A stretch of DNA of 64,000 bases, taken from the IMG/VR virus record IMGVR_UViG_3300020190_000004; one strand, given 5' to 3'. A program made the position numbers and the translations under genes. This DNA is from a virus (Duplodnaviria; Caudoviricetes). The notes under the pieces were generated by a model. It was not told where the DNA came from, ran no database searches, and saw only the letters and a program-made list of their open reading frames with translations. Numbering within the stretch: the stretch's first letter is position 1; each line of letters starts with the position of its first letter. Below are positions 29,968 to 38,294 of this stretch, one piece after another.

Positions 29968-30234
29968 TTTCGCCTTGCGTTGCCCTAATTTTCTAGTCCC
30001 GTATTGAACAGTAAATTCTGTGTATGCAACTTCGTTTTCAAAATTGTATTTGTCAAATCTAATGATGCCTTCTAGTGTAAATCTCTCGATAGTTTCACCT
30101 GATTGTAGATTCAAGAATGTTGGTTCATCCACTACTAGAGTATCTCCAACTTTGTATTTCACAGGATAGACTTCCCTACCAGAACTTTCTTTGATATCTT
30201 TCTTGACTATAAGTTTGTATTCTGCGTGTGTCAT
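29959..30234 (-). CDS. Hypothetical protein
   Basis: 91-aa ORF. Confidence 0.6.
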   Translation of the reverse strand: MTHAEYKLIVKKDIKESSGREVYPVKYKVGDTLVVDEPTFLNLQSGETIERFTLEGIIRFDKYNFENEVAYTEFTVQYGTRKLGQRKAKEL

Positions 30235-30239
30235 GGTGA

Positions 30240-30593
30240 TTAAGCGTTTAAAGATTCGTAATACAATTGTTCATAAGTTTTCTTTTCAGGATTTTCGTAC
30301 CAAGGATAATCATTTTTCCATTCAGGATGCAAGTGATAGTAAGATTCTGAAAGATAGATGAGTTGGTAGTTCCCGGAAGAACAAGAATCATCAATGTAGA
30401 TGTAACCTTTTTTAATAAGCGAAGATAGTACACCGCGTAATACTCTAGACGATTTACCTACAGGACGAACAAGATCGTTTACATCCATGTCAGAGAAACC
30501 AGGTTCTGCGTATAAACCATTAATGATTGCTTGAAGCGATTGTTTCTCTAGAACGGTAAGGTTCTCTTTGTCGATGATTTGTGAAATTTCCAT
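30240..30593 (-). CDS. Winged-helix-like hypothetical protein (putative early gene)
   Basis: LTVLEK..L..I...DVNDL...GKSSRVLRGVLSSLIKKGYI; follows a host-type promoter. Confidence 0.6.
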   Translation of the reverse strand: MEISQIIDKENLTVLEKQSLQAIINGLYAEPGFSDMDVNDLVRPVGKSSRVLRGVLSSLIKKGYIYIDDSCSSGNYQLIYLSESYYHLHPEWKNDYPWYENPEKKTYEQLYYESLNA

Positions 30594-30610
30594 ATTGATT
30601 AATTAATTAT

Positions 30611-30681
30611 AGTATAAAATTAACCAATAAAAACTTACAATGCAAACTTTAGTGAAACTTTTTTCAAAAAGTTATTAACAA
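30611..30681 (-). promoter_or_regulatory. Host-type (Bacteroidota sigma-A-like) early promoter element
   Basis: TGTTAATAAC...GAAAAAAGTT...TTTG-N20-TAATTTTA-TACT. Confidence 0.7.
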
Positions 30682-30923
30682 TAATTCCATTTCTCCATGA
30701 TACGTTTGATGTTTGCTTCAAACTGTCTCATCAAAACAGGTAGTTCATTTACCATTGGAATGTTTCCCTGAAAAACCATTTCTCGTTGTAGGTTCCCTTC
30801 ACGGTCAACAAAGTACATATAAGATCTTGCACCTATCTTAACAATATCAAATTTCTTTTCATCAAGTTTGCTGTACTTGCTCTTGATATACTTCTTTACA
30901 TCAGATACTCTCTTGATCTCCAT
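30675..30923 (-). CDS. Hypothetical protein
   Basis: 82-aa ORF. Confidence 0.55.
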   Translation of the reverse strand: MEIKRVSDVKKYIKSKYSKLDEKKFDIVKIGARSYMYFVDREGNLQREMVFQGNIPMVNELPVLMRQFEANIKRIMEKWNYC

Positions 30924-31167
30924 ATTCTTCCTCCTCTGTTTTTTCTACTTTTGTAAACGGATACTTCCCTTTGATGTTTTTGTTAAAGTAAGAACCTTGA
31001 GATTCTGCTTCGCAAAAAGAGTTGTAAACATCTTCAGGAACTTCTCCGTATTTGTATGAAGCACCTGACACAAAGTCAATTACCAATTCGTTGTAGTCAG
31101 GAGTCCATCGTGATCCTGTGATAAGTGAAGAATTCCATATCCTCCCTTCTGTTGTTACAAGTTCCAT
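30901..31167 (-). CDS. KTSC domain protein
   Basis: SSLITGSRW...ELVIDFVSGASYKYGEVPEDVYNSFCEAESQGSYFNKNIKGKYPF. Confidence 0.85.
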   Translation of the reverse strand: MELVTTEGRIWNSSLITGSRWTPDYNELVIDFVSGASYKYGEVPEDVYNSFCEAESQGSYFNKNIKGKYPFTKVEKTEEEEYGDQESI

Positions 31168-31168
31168 A

Positions 31169-32122
31169 TTAGCTATTCATTATTATTTGACATTCATAAA
31201 CTGCGGCAACCATAGAGATCGCGGGATCAATCACAGTTACTCTTTGTGATTGGTAGTGTGCTGCCTTAATTACAACTTGCGGTATCTTACCTGCAAGATT
31301 AGGCTGATTTTCCTTAATGTATTCTGGGAGTTCTCCGCCAAGGGAAGCAAGAACCTCATCAACTTTAGCACCGTAATTTGTCATCATAAACTTGTAAGTT
31401 TCAGATGGGTCGGGTTTAGGAGCACATACAAGTTCAAATATATCTCGGAAAGAGTAGTTAAGTTGCTTAATATCTTCAACCCGGATTTCTTTTACGCCTT
31501 GTATGATAAAGTTTTGCGTCTTGTTTAAGATAGATCGCATGTCAGGAAAGTTTCTCTTAACGAACTCAATGACAGCGTCTTTCTCGATAGCAATTCCTGC
31601 TTGTTTAAGAATTGACCAGGTTCTCTTAATAAACTCAACCATAACTTCTTTCTCTTCTTCTTTGTTAAGAAAGTCAAAAGATACACATGTGAACCGTGAT
31701 TGTACTGGGTCCGGCACTTTGTTAATGTAGTTACAAGTACCAATGAAACGAGCGGTTGCTGCGAACTTTTCTATAGTAGCACGAAGAGCTTTATAGAATT
31801 GGTCAGAAGCACCGTCCATCTCATCAAGAATGACTACCTTGTATTTCTCCGCGCCGTCAAGTAAACTAATAGTTGAACACCAGTTAGTAATCTTTTCACG
31901 TATAACATCAACAGAACTTTCATCAGAAACGTTTATGTATAGGTAAGGATAGTTACTTGCTAGTACTTTGGCAAGAGATGTCTTGCCTAAACCCGGAGAA
32001 CCGTAAAACAAGTAGTTTTGCTGTAGTTCACCGTTACCTATGCTTTTGCGGATCCTTTCAGGAAGGATCATTTGCTCCAACGTTTTGGGGCGGAATTTTT
32101 CTGTGAATAGTTCTTGGATCAT
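31169..32122 (-). CDS. gp44: Clamp loader large subunit (T4 gp44/RFC-like AAA+ ATPase)
   Basis: EKFRPK, GSPGLGKT, ILDEMDG, sensor SRF, FPDMRS. Confidence 0.95.
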   Translation of the reverse strand: MIQELFTEKFRPKTLEQMILPERIRKSIGNGELQQNYLFYGSPGLGKTSLAKVLASNYPYLYINVSDESSVDVIREKITNWCSTISLLDGAEKYKVVILDEMDGASDQFYKALRATIEKFAATARFIGTCNYINKVPDPVQSRFTCVSFDFLNKEEEKEVMVEFIKRTWSILKQAGIAIEKDAVIEFVKRNFPDMRSILNKTQNFIIQGVKEIRVEDIKQLNYSFRDIFELVCAPKPDPSETYKFMMTNYGAKVDEVLASLGGELPEYIKENQPNLAGKIPQVVIKAAHYQSQRVTVIDPAISMVAAVYECQIIMNS

Positions 32123-32140
32123 TTAATTTTAGATTTGATA

Positions 32141-32168
32141 GTTATATTCAAAAAGTATACTATAGTTT
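32141..32168 (-). promoter_or_regulatory. Putative ECF-type promoter AAAC-N18-TATAAC
   Basis: Recurring bipartite motif. Confidence 0.6.
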
Positions 32169-32384
32169 TTACACGTCCCAAATAGATTTCTTTCTCTTAA
32201 ACATTTTGCGCACGTCTAACCAAAGTGCAATCTTTCGTATAAGTCTTTTCATAGTTTGTGGTTTTTCTTTCTTCTTGGGAAACCTTCCGTGATTTCCCAT
32301 GCTATCATAGTCTGTGCAATATGCCATCGGAGATGGAAGATCACTGTAATGGCAGTGCAGATCTTCTTTGTTTTCTATTTCCAT
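32169..32384 (-). CDS. Small hypothetical protein
   Basis: 71-aa ORF coupled to the upstream gene. Confidence 0.5.
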   Translation of the reverse strand: MEIENKEDLHCHYSDLPSPMAYCTDYDSMGNHGRFPKKKEKPQTMKRLIRKIALWLDVRKMFKRKKSIWDV

Positions 32385-32839
32385 ATTGTTGCCTTTTTGT
32401 GTATAAATTCTGCTTTAAGCTTTAAGTAAAGACCATTGGTTCTTGCTTCTACCCAATAGTCGTAAAATAGTTTGGCCGACTTTGCTTTTTCGCTAGTAGC
32501 CCAATCAATTTCTTGGGGGAGAATGCTTCCGTCAACGTCATACTTCTTTCCACTTTTGTGGTTGGCATATCTTCGTGCGCGAGTGAATCCCATGTGGAGG
32601 TATTTCTTGCACATATCAGCACCTACAAAGTCACCGATTTCCAAGTAGCCTAAGAACTCTTGATAGATTTCTTTGCGTGAGATATCTGCTTCCCGAGTGG
32701 TCTTAAATCTCCAGATAGGGTGTAGCCTAGACTTGTAGGGTTCACAGATAAGCACACCTTGCTGGCCTCGACCAATCTCGTAGAGGTGTGGGTTCTTTTC
32801 GTAATCTGTTCCTGGCTTCCAAGCGTAGTCTTCCATCAT
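32375..32839 (-). CDS. DUF4385 family protein
   Basis: LYEIGRGQQGVLICEPYKS...WRFKT...DFVGADMCKKYLHMGFTRARRYANHKSGKKY. Confidence 0.8.
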   Translation of the reverse strand: MMEDYAWKPGTDYEKNPHLYEIGRGQQGVLICEPYKSRLHPIWRFKTTREADISRKEIYQEFLGYLEIGDFVGADMCKKYLHMGFTRARRYANHKSGKKYDVDGSILPQEIDWATSEKAKSAKLFYDYWVEARTNGLYLKLKAEFIHKKATIWK

Positions 32840-32849
32840 AGATCTTTAG

Positions 32850-32878
32850 GTTTATATTCAAATGTTGTATAACGGTTC
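32850..32878 (-). promoter_or_regulatory. Putative ECF-type promoter GAAC-N18-TATAAA
   Basis: Recurring bipartite motif. Confidence 0.65.
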
Positions 32879-33463
32879 TTACTTAAAGGGTGTACCTCCA
32901 ACCCAAAATACCAAAGACTTTCTTACCCCAGCTGATACCTTTTCTACCATGTGAGGTATATAAGTCGGGTAAGCGATGAAAGAACCTAACGCTCTTGGAA
33001 CTGTGTGTATACCGCCAGCCATGAAATAGAGATTACCTCCGCGATAGTCATCACTTGAACTCAACTGAACTGATACGGCAATCTTTCTTCCGCTAAACGG
33101 CGGAGGTGACGCCATGTCAACGTGCCAATCGTAATGATCACCTTCATGGTACTCACAGTACATAATGTGCTCAACCATATCAATAGGATCAAACTGCCAC
33201 ATCTTATCATTGGAGACTTTAATTAAATCATAAAGTCTTCCGTACAACCATGCTGACTCGTCGTTGTAATCTATCCAACCGCCTCGACAAGAACGAACTT
33301 CTGGGTTATACTCACCGTCAACGGTAGCATCAATAAGTTCGATTTTGTTAGTAATCTCTAGTATGCGATTAATCTCTTCTTCTGAAAGAGCAGACTCAAT
33401 CACACCTGGTGAAACCAGTGAAACTTCTTTTTCTTCGTGAAGAGCTTGACCTATTGCTATCAT
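32879..33463 (-). CDS. 2OG-Fe(II) oxygenase (PKHD-type)
   Basis: HxD motif DWHVD, RKIAVSVQLS, YRGGNL, HMVEKVSAGVRKSLVFW. Confidence 0.9.
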   Translation of the reverse strand: MIAIGQALHEEKEVSLVSPGVIESALSEEEINRILEITNKIELIDATVDGEYNPEVRSCRGGWIDYNDESAWLYGRLYDLIKVSNDKMWQFDPIDMVEHIMYCEYHEGDHYDWHVDMASPPPFSGRKIAVSVQLSSSDDYRGGNLYFMAGGIHTVPRALGSFIAYPTYIPHMVEKVSAGVRKSLVFWVGGTPFK

Positions 33464-33756
33464 GCGATTTCGTTAGATACAATTACGTGATATCCACGGT
33501 TATTCTTTGGTAGAATAGTCACCCACTTGTTAGTCTTGCAGTGCTCAACGATAGACTCGTATTGATTTTGCGTATAAACATTTCGACCGTGTCCGGGGTT
33601 TAAGCGTCGACCCATCGGAATATCTTTTAAGTACGGAAACTTTAAGATTTCTATCTCGCGGTAAAAGTGCCCCAGGGTAGGGTAATACTTTTTGGTTTGT
33701 AGCACATCTTTAAGTTGTGCAATTACATCTAGGGTTTTCTTTTGAAATTTTGCCAT
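33460..33756 (-). CDS. Hypothetical protein
   Basis: 98-aa ORF. Confidence 0.55.
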   Translation of the reverse strand: MAKFQKKTLDVIAQLKDVLQTKKYYPTLGHFYREIEILKFPYLKDIPMGRRLNPGHGRNVYTQNQYESIVEHCKTNKWVTILPKNNRGYHVIVSNEIA

Positions 33757-33767
33757 GTTTTTATGTT

Positions 33768-34067
33768 TTAGAAGTTGTTATTGTTTGGGTTAGTAGTTCT
33801 TGGGTACTTTTCAATGATAGAAAAAATGTCAGTTATTCTGCAAGCAAGATCCACGTCTACATGAGTGATTGCTGCAAGTTCATGCGAAAAGATTGCAACA
33901 TCAGAATAGTCATATCCGTCAAAAGCACCGTATAGCCAGTTTTCCATGATAGATGTGGAAACGGCAAGTGGGCAGTCATGCAAATCATTGATTACGTCAA
34001 GAATCATATGACGTGTTTTAGAATCCATGTTCTCGTGACGATTAAAGTAAGTTATCTGTTTTTCCAT
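33768..34067 (-). CDS. Hypothetical protein (putative early gene)
   Basis: 99-aa ORF after a host-type promoter. Confidence 0.6.
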   Translation of the reverse strand: MEKQITYFNRHENMDSKTRHMILDVINDLHDCPLAVSTSIMENWLYGAFDGYDYSDVAIFSHELAAITHVDVDLACRITDIFSIIEKYPRTTNPNNNNF

Positions 34068-34084
34068 ATCGATTAATTAATTAT

Positions 34085-34154
34085 AGTATAAAATTAACCA
34101 AAAGTTTTGTGATATGCAAATTTTTATGAAACTTTTTTCATAAAGTTATTAACA
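34085..34154 (-). promoter_or_regulatory. Host-type (Bacteroidota sigma-A-like) early promoter element
   Basis: TGTTAATAAC...TTTG-N20-TAATTTTA-TACT. Confidence 0.7.
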
Positions 34155-34180
34155 AAAAAACCAGGGGTCCGGGCCCCTGG
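34154..34180 (-). terminator. Rho-independent terminator after the portal gene
   Basis: GC stem CCAGGGG/CCCCTGG followed by T7. Confidence 0.8.
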
Positions 34181-34218
34181 AAAAAACTCAATTCTGGTAT
34201 AGAACTGAGAAGTGTTTT

Positions 34219-35835
34219 TTACATGCCCATTCCAGCATTCTGAATTTGTTGAGCAAGTTTCATATCCTCAAGATCTGTTTCCGCTTTATCTTTCATCATG
34301 CGTTCATTAGTAGCAATATCGTCTTGAGACATTTTTAAGTATTTCTCGACCACGAACTTAGGAGTAAAGTAAGGCACATCAACATCCATCCCAGTAGCAT
34401 CCTTCTTCTTATCCATGATTCCCATCATAGAGGTAACAAAGTCAACGCGTTTCTGCATGATATCCATATTCTTAAGTTCTTCAAAGACGTTATCCTTGTT
34501 AAATGTAACTGCTAGTGTAGACTTAAAAAGCTCGTCTTCAGCTAATTCGGGGTATATAATGCCCATTTGAATAAATAGCGGTTTAAGAAGAATTTCTTGG
34601 TAGATTGAACGAAGACGAGTAATGAATTTAAAGAAGCGTATTTCTTCTCGGTCAATTCCATCAGCAGCGGCAGCGTACTGACCACCACCGCCTCCACCCA
34701 TACCTTTATCAAATCTTGATGCCGGTATCTTAGAGTCTTCTATAAGTTTATCTTTAAAGTATTGGAGTGTTCCGGGGTCATTCATGTCAAAACCTTCTCC
34801 ACCCATCACCGATATATCTGGAGATTCACCATTCTTAGATGGGAATAAGTAGTTCTTGTAGAACTGCATTGAAGGAGAACCGTTGATTGATAGTTCACCT
34901 GAATCTTGGTCAAGGTTAATATCTTCTTTATAGATGTTAATCATTTCAGCAAGCGCCTCCTTTGCTTTTTGTGGAGACTTTGTACCAATCGGTACAACCA
35001 TCTTAAGACGATATGATGAGTTCATAATGTTCCAGATAACTTTAGAGTTCTCCATAATACGAAGAAGGTTAAAGGAACGAACCATTCTTTCCACATATGA
35101 TACACGACCGGTAAAGTTACCTTTTGCATAAGAGATGTAAATAATCTGCGAATCAAGAAGAACTCTTTTCATTGAAGGGACCTCTTCATATTGCACCCAA
35201 ATCTTTTTGTAAACTCCATCGCTAGATTTCTCAACGCCCGGTCTTAATGAGATAGGGTCAAGTTCCTTAAAACCTACAATGTTTTTACCGTCCGGGTCAA
35301 AGATGATTTCAAAGGCAATGAATCCGTCGATAAGTAATTGTCTGAAATAAGACCACCCATCATGCCCTTCACTAAAGTGAAAGTGGGAATAAATCTTTTT
35401 GAACTGTTGGTTAATTTCTACCACAACTTCTTTTTGTGTTTCAGGAGATAGTATCTCTCGTACTTTGCTGATATCCGGTGAACAGAAGTAGTTTGAGTCA
35501 TCATATACAATAGCTTCATCAGCGATAGTATCAACGACAAACTCAATTTCTGGGTTCATCGAAAATTTTCTTAAGTAATCTCTTCTAGCCTTGTAGTCTT
35601 TGTCAAAGAATGCAATAAACTTTTTCTGACCTACATCAGAAAGTGCTAGTGAATATAAAAATTCTTCAGGTAGATATCCCTGGTTACCAAATTCAGCTTC
35701 GGTTACACCGACTGCTCGTGATTGCTTAACCACCATATCGTCATAACGCATGCCAAGGTTTGCCAAGTTCTTAAGACTCTTGGAAATTTGCCCGAAAATT
35801 GGGTTTACGCCTATTCTATCAATGAACCCAGCCAT
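34219..35835 (-). CDS. gp20: Portal protein (T4 gp20-like)
   Basis: PEIEFVVDTIADEAIV, YFRQLLIDG, FNLLRIMENSKVIW, QYFKDKL...KIPASRF, DREEIRFFKFITRLR. Confidence 0.9.
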   Translation of the reverse strand: MAGFIDRIGVNPIFGQISKSLKNLANLGMRYDDMVVKQSRAVGVTEAEFGNQGYLPEEFLYSLALSDVGQKKFIAFFDKDYKARRDYLRKFSMNPEIEFVVDTIADEAIVYDDSNYFCSPDISKVREILSPETQKEVVVEINQQFKKIYSHFHFSEGHDGWSYFRQLLIDGFIAFEIIFDPDGKNIVGFKELDPISLRPGVEKSSDGVYKKIWVQYEEVPSMKRVLLDSQIIYISYAKGNFTGRVSYVERMVRSFNLLRIMENSKVIWNIMNSSYRLKMVVPIGTKSPQKAKEALAEMINIYKEDINLDQDSGELSINGSPSMQFYKNYLFPSKNGESPDISVMGGEGFDMNDPGTLQYFKDKLIEDSKIPASRFDKGMGGGGGGQYAAAADGIDREEIRFFKFITRLRSIYQEILLKPLFIQMGIIYPELAEDELFKSTLAVTFNKDNVFEELKNMDIMQKRVDFVTSMMGIMDKKKDATGMDVDVPYFTPKFVVEKYLKMSQDDIATNERMMKDKAETDLEDMKLAQQIQNAGMGM

Positions 35836-35858
35836 ATTTAGTTGTTATTTTGATTTTG

Positions 35859-35866
35859 TATATATC
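35859..35866 (-). promoter_or_regulatory. Putative late promoter GATATATA (portal)
   Basis: Exact motif. Confidence 0.6.
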
Positions 35867-35998
35867 CACTTAAAACCGCCTGCTTAACTTCTTTCGCCCT
35901 CTAAAGACTTTATCAATATGCCTTATTCCTAGTCGTAGGTTTGCATTTAAGCTATTTTCTTATATTCTTTTTGTTTCAGGTGTATACCTTTTACCAAT

Positions 35999-36027
35999 GT
36001 TTATATACATGAGTTCTTTATTAGTTT
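35999..36027 (-). promoter_or_regulatory. Putative ECF-type promoter AAAC-N18-TATAAA
   Basis: Recurring bipartite motif in a 210-bp intergenic gap. Confidence 0.55.
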
Positions 36028-36045
36028 TGCCGGATAAATCCGTGT

Positions 36046-36777
36046 TTACATTCCTGGTTTAGTAAATCTCTTTTGTATTTTCTTTGCACCCTCTGGGTCT
36101 GGTTTTCTTGGGTTCTTTAATTGTTCTGATCTAAACTTGGTGTATTCAGTCCACACTTTAGCCGGCGGCATTCCTATAAACTCTTTGGGTATAAAGTACG
36201 GAAGCATTTCATAATCGCTAAATTCTATAAGAACTGGCTCCATTATTCTAGGAAGAAGGTAATTTCTAAATCCCCACTTATAGCCAATCTGCCCACCTCT
36301 GTCGAACATCTTGGAGATAAAGTCCCAATTCTGTAAATTTAGGATAGCATTTTTCATTAAGCCTACCTGGCCTTTAGAGACAAGTTCTTTAGCTTGATCC
36401 ATGTCTTTCTTAAATGCATCTTCATAAATTGACAGAAGCTGAAATCTTTGAGATTCGGGAAAGTAATTTAAGTTAAGACCCTGAACTATCAGATTTCCGT
36501 TAGCTGTTGTAGACTGGCCGTGAACTAGTACAAACGGTCTCTTGTCATAGTAAGGCAACTGCTTTGCGTACAAAGGATCATACTTAAATGTGTAAAAGCG
36601 CCCGGGTATAAAAAACTTAAGTTTCTTTGCTAACACACGTTCGCCTGGGTCGAAGAGTTCCTCTACTTTAAACGGCTGCTTAAAGTATTTCTTCTCTAGA
36701 TAAGGATATGCTTCTTTGCGAAGTTTGTCTTTATCTTTTGTGTTGTTGTATCTTGTAAACGCGTTATCTAACATCAC
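36046..36777 (-). CDS. DNA end protector protein (T4 gp2-like)
   Basis: GRFYTFKYDP...LPYYDKRPFVL...GLNLNYFP. Confidence 0.75.
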   Translation of the reverse strand: MMLDNAFTRYNNTKDKDKLRKEAYPYLEKKYFKQPFKVEELFDPGERVLAKKLKFFIPGRFYTFKYDPLYAKQLPYYDKRPFVLVHGQSTTANGNLIVQGLNLNYFPESQRFQLLSIYEDAFKKDMDQAKELVSKGQVGLMKNAILNLQNWDFISKMFDRGGQIGYKWGFRNYLLPRIMEPVLIEFSDYEMLPYFIPKEFIGMPPAKVWTEYTKFRSEQLKNPRKPDPEGAKKIQKRFTKPGM

Positions 36778-37280
36778 TTTCTAAATAAGAAGTCTTCAGT
36801 TACTACAATGAATTTGTAACCTCTACCTTCTGCATATTGTTTAGCTGCAGCAAACTTAGCTCGATTAGTTAACCAAGTCGATAGTGCATAATTATAGTTT
36901 TTGAGTTTCTTAGTAGTCATGTTACCTTCAAGAATTGGCTGAACCAAAGAAGCTGCTGGTTTAACCTCAGCAATAAAATCTTCGAAGCAGTCATCGCGTT
37001 GAACACGCATATAAAAGTCTACATAATAAGTATGTTCTCTACCGTCGATGGGACTTGTGTATTTAATACCAAGAGGCTCTGAAGACCACTTTAAAACTTC
37101 TTCATTAAGATCACAATACCGGCAGAACCTAAACTCCCATGAAGAACGATAAATGATTTTACTTAAATCACCAATGTACTTATCAGGGTTTTCTAACTTG
37201 TAATATCCTTGTCTGTAACCGCCTCTGTGCGTAGGCTTGTTTGATTTTATATCACTCATAATGAATACTTTATTAATCAT
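36774..37280 (-). CDS. gp4: Head completion nuclease (T4 gp4-like, TnsA-like endonuclease)
   Basis: ENPDKYIGD...IIYRSSWE...WSSE...YYVDF...EVKP...KFAAA..YAE.RGYKFIVVTE. Confidence 0.9.
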   Translation of the reverse strand: MINKVFIMSDIKSNKPTHRGGYRQGYYKLENPDKYIGDLSKIIYRSSWEFRFCRYCDLNEEVLKWSSEPLGIKYTSPIDGREHTYYVDFYMRVQRDDCFEDFIAEVKPAASLVQPILEGNMTTKKLKNYNYALSTWLTNRAKFAAAKQYAEGRGYKFIVVTEDFLFRK

Positions 37281-37311
37281 TATGGCGCCATAATGATTAC
37301 TTTATTATACA

Positions 37312-37656
37312 TTATAGACTATAGAGATTTTCGTTGCTTAAAGATACCTGGTCCGTTGAACTAAGAGGGTGAAGTTTTCTCCAGCCTTTAGCAAAGCCGT
37401 TCTTTATGATTTGTGTATAGTAAGCAAACGGATACTTTGACTTTTCAGGGTTGTAACTTCTCCAGTATTTCACAACATCCATTAGTGCAAAAGCAATACA
37501 ATCTTTACGATCTTCTTCATCTTTATATCTTAGCTTTTTAGAAGCACCTTCTGCCATAAGCATAAGCATTTCAATAGCTCTTGGTGTCAATTCATTTTTT
37601 TCTTTAGATAGAAGAATTTCTTTTCTAAACTCTTCAGGGTTTACATAATTTGCCAT
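37312..37656 (-). CDS. gp55: Late-transcription sigma factor (T4 gp55-like), short form
   Basis: YVNPEEF...DRKDCIAFAL....YWRSYNPEKSKYPFAYYTQIIKNGF. Confidence 0.8.
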   Translation of the reverse strand: MANYVNPEEFRKEILLSKEKNELTPRAIEMLMLMAEGASKKLRYKDEEDRKDCIAFALMDVVKYWRSYNPEKSKYPFAYYTQIIKNGFAKGWRKLHPLSSTDQVSLSNENLYSL

Positions 37657-37664
37657 AAATTTAA

Positions 37665-38294
37665 TTAGTTTGGGGTTCCGGAGGCTGATACTTCAGTTTC
37701 AACGTCAAGACTCTTTAAGTAAGCCGTTAGTTCAGAAACACAGATATCTAAAGAATCAAAGGAAAGTTCCGAGTTTTCCTCAACAGTTTTCTTTAGTTCA
37801 GCTATATCTGAAATGATGCCTTTAACCGAGTCAGACAATCCTGAAACAAATCCTGTTAGTTGGTCGGGTTTATTTTCACCAGTTTTAGGATTTGTTTGGG
37901 TATCGGTCTCAGAATTATATACACCATACTCAATTAGTTTTGGGATCTCAATGTATTTCTTAAGTACCTTGAATTTCTTTGACCCTCCCAGCATGATAGC
38001 AACCTCATCTTGGTCACCGCCGCTGGTGAATTCAACAGCTTTAACAAGGACTTCTTCCCCAGCGCCAGCGCCAGGGAAGTCCTTGGAAAGTTTTCCTTTT
38101 ACATATTCATCGGATTCTTTAAGGCCCACGGTGGCACCGTCGCCTTGAGTCGTTAATTCCAGATCATTGCCCGGTTGAGATTCAGATTTTCTCTTAACAA
38201 CCTTTATATCAGTAGGGATGACTATTTTAGTTGTTCCGTCTTCAAGCTCAATAGTTAAAGTTTTGTCGGCTTGATTAGCCCCTGTGACTATTGC
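37665..38294 (-). CDS. -1 frame continuation of the 38288..39871 gene (the track's GTG-start ORF 37665..38129 is its distal part)
   Basis: The frame is open from the A9 run (38295-38303) to 37665, with no ATG/GTG/TTG before 38129. Confidence 0.6.
   Translation of the reverse strand, partial: AIVTGANQADKTLTIELEDGTTKIVIPTDIKVVKRKSESQPGNDLELTTQGDGATVGLKESDEYVKGKLSKDFPGAGAGEEVLVKAVEFTSGGDQDEVAIMLGGSKKFKVLKKYIEIPKLIEYGVYNSETDTQTNPKTGENKPDQLTGFVSGLSDSVKGIISDIAELKKTVEENSELSFDSLDICVSELTAYLKSLDVETEVSASGTPN

Noticed and set aside
30671-30680. TGTTAATAAC box as a true DnaA box or replication origin
   Set aside because: Two mismatches to TTATCCACA, single copies and always tied to promoters; kept only as a possible regulator site.
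38278-38290. TAG readthrough or stop-codon reassignment as an explanation for the broken gene, or genome-wide recoding
   Set aside because: In-frame readthrough hits TAA after 10 codons; all large genes are intact in the standard code and TAG serves as a normal stop elsewhere.
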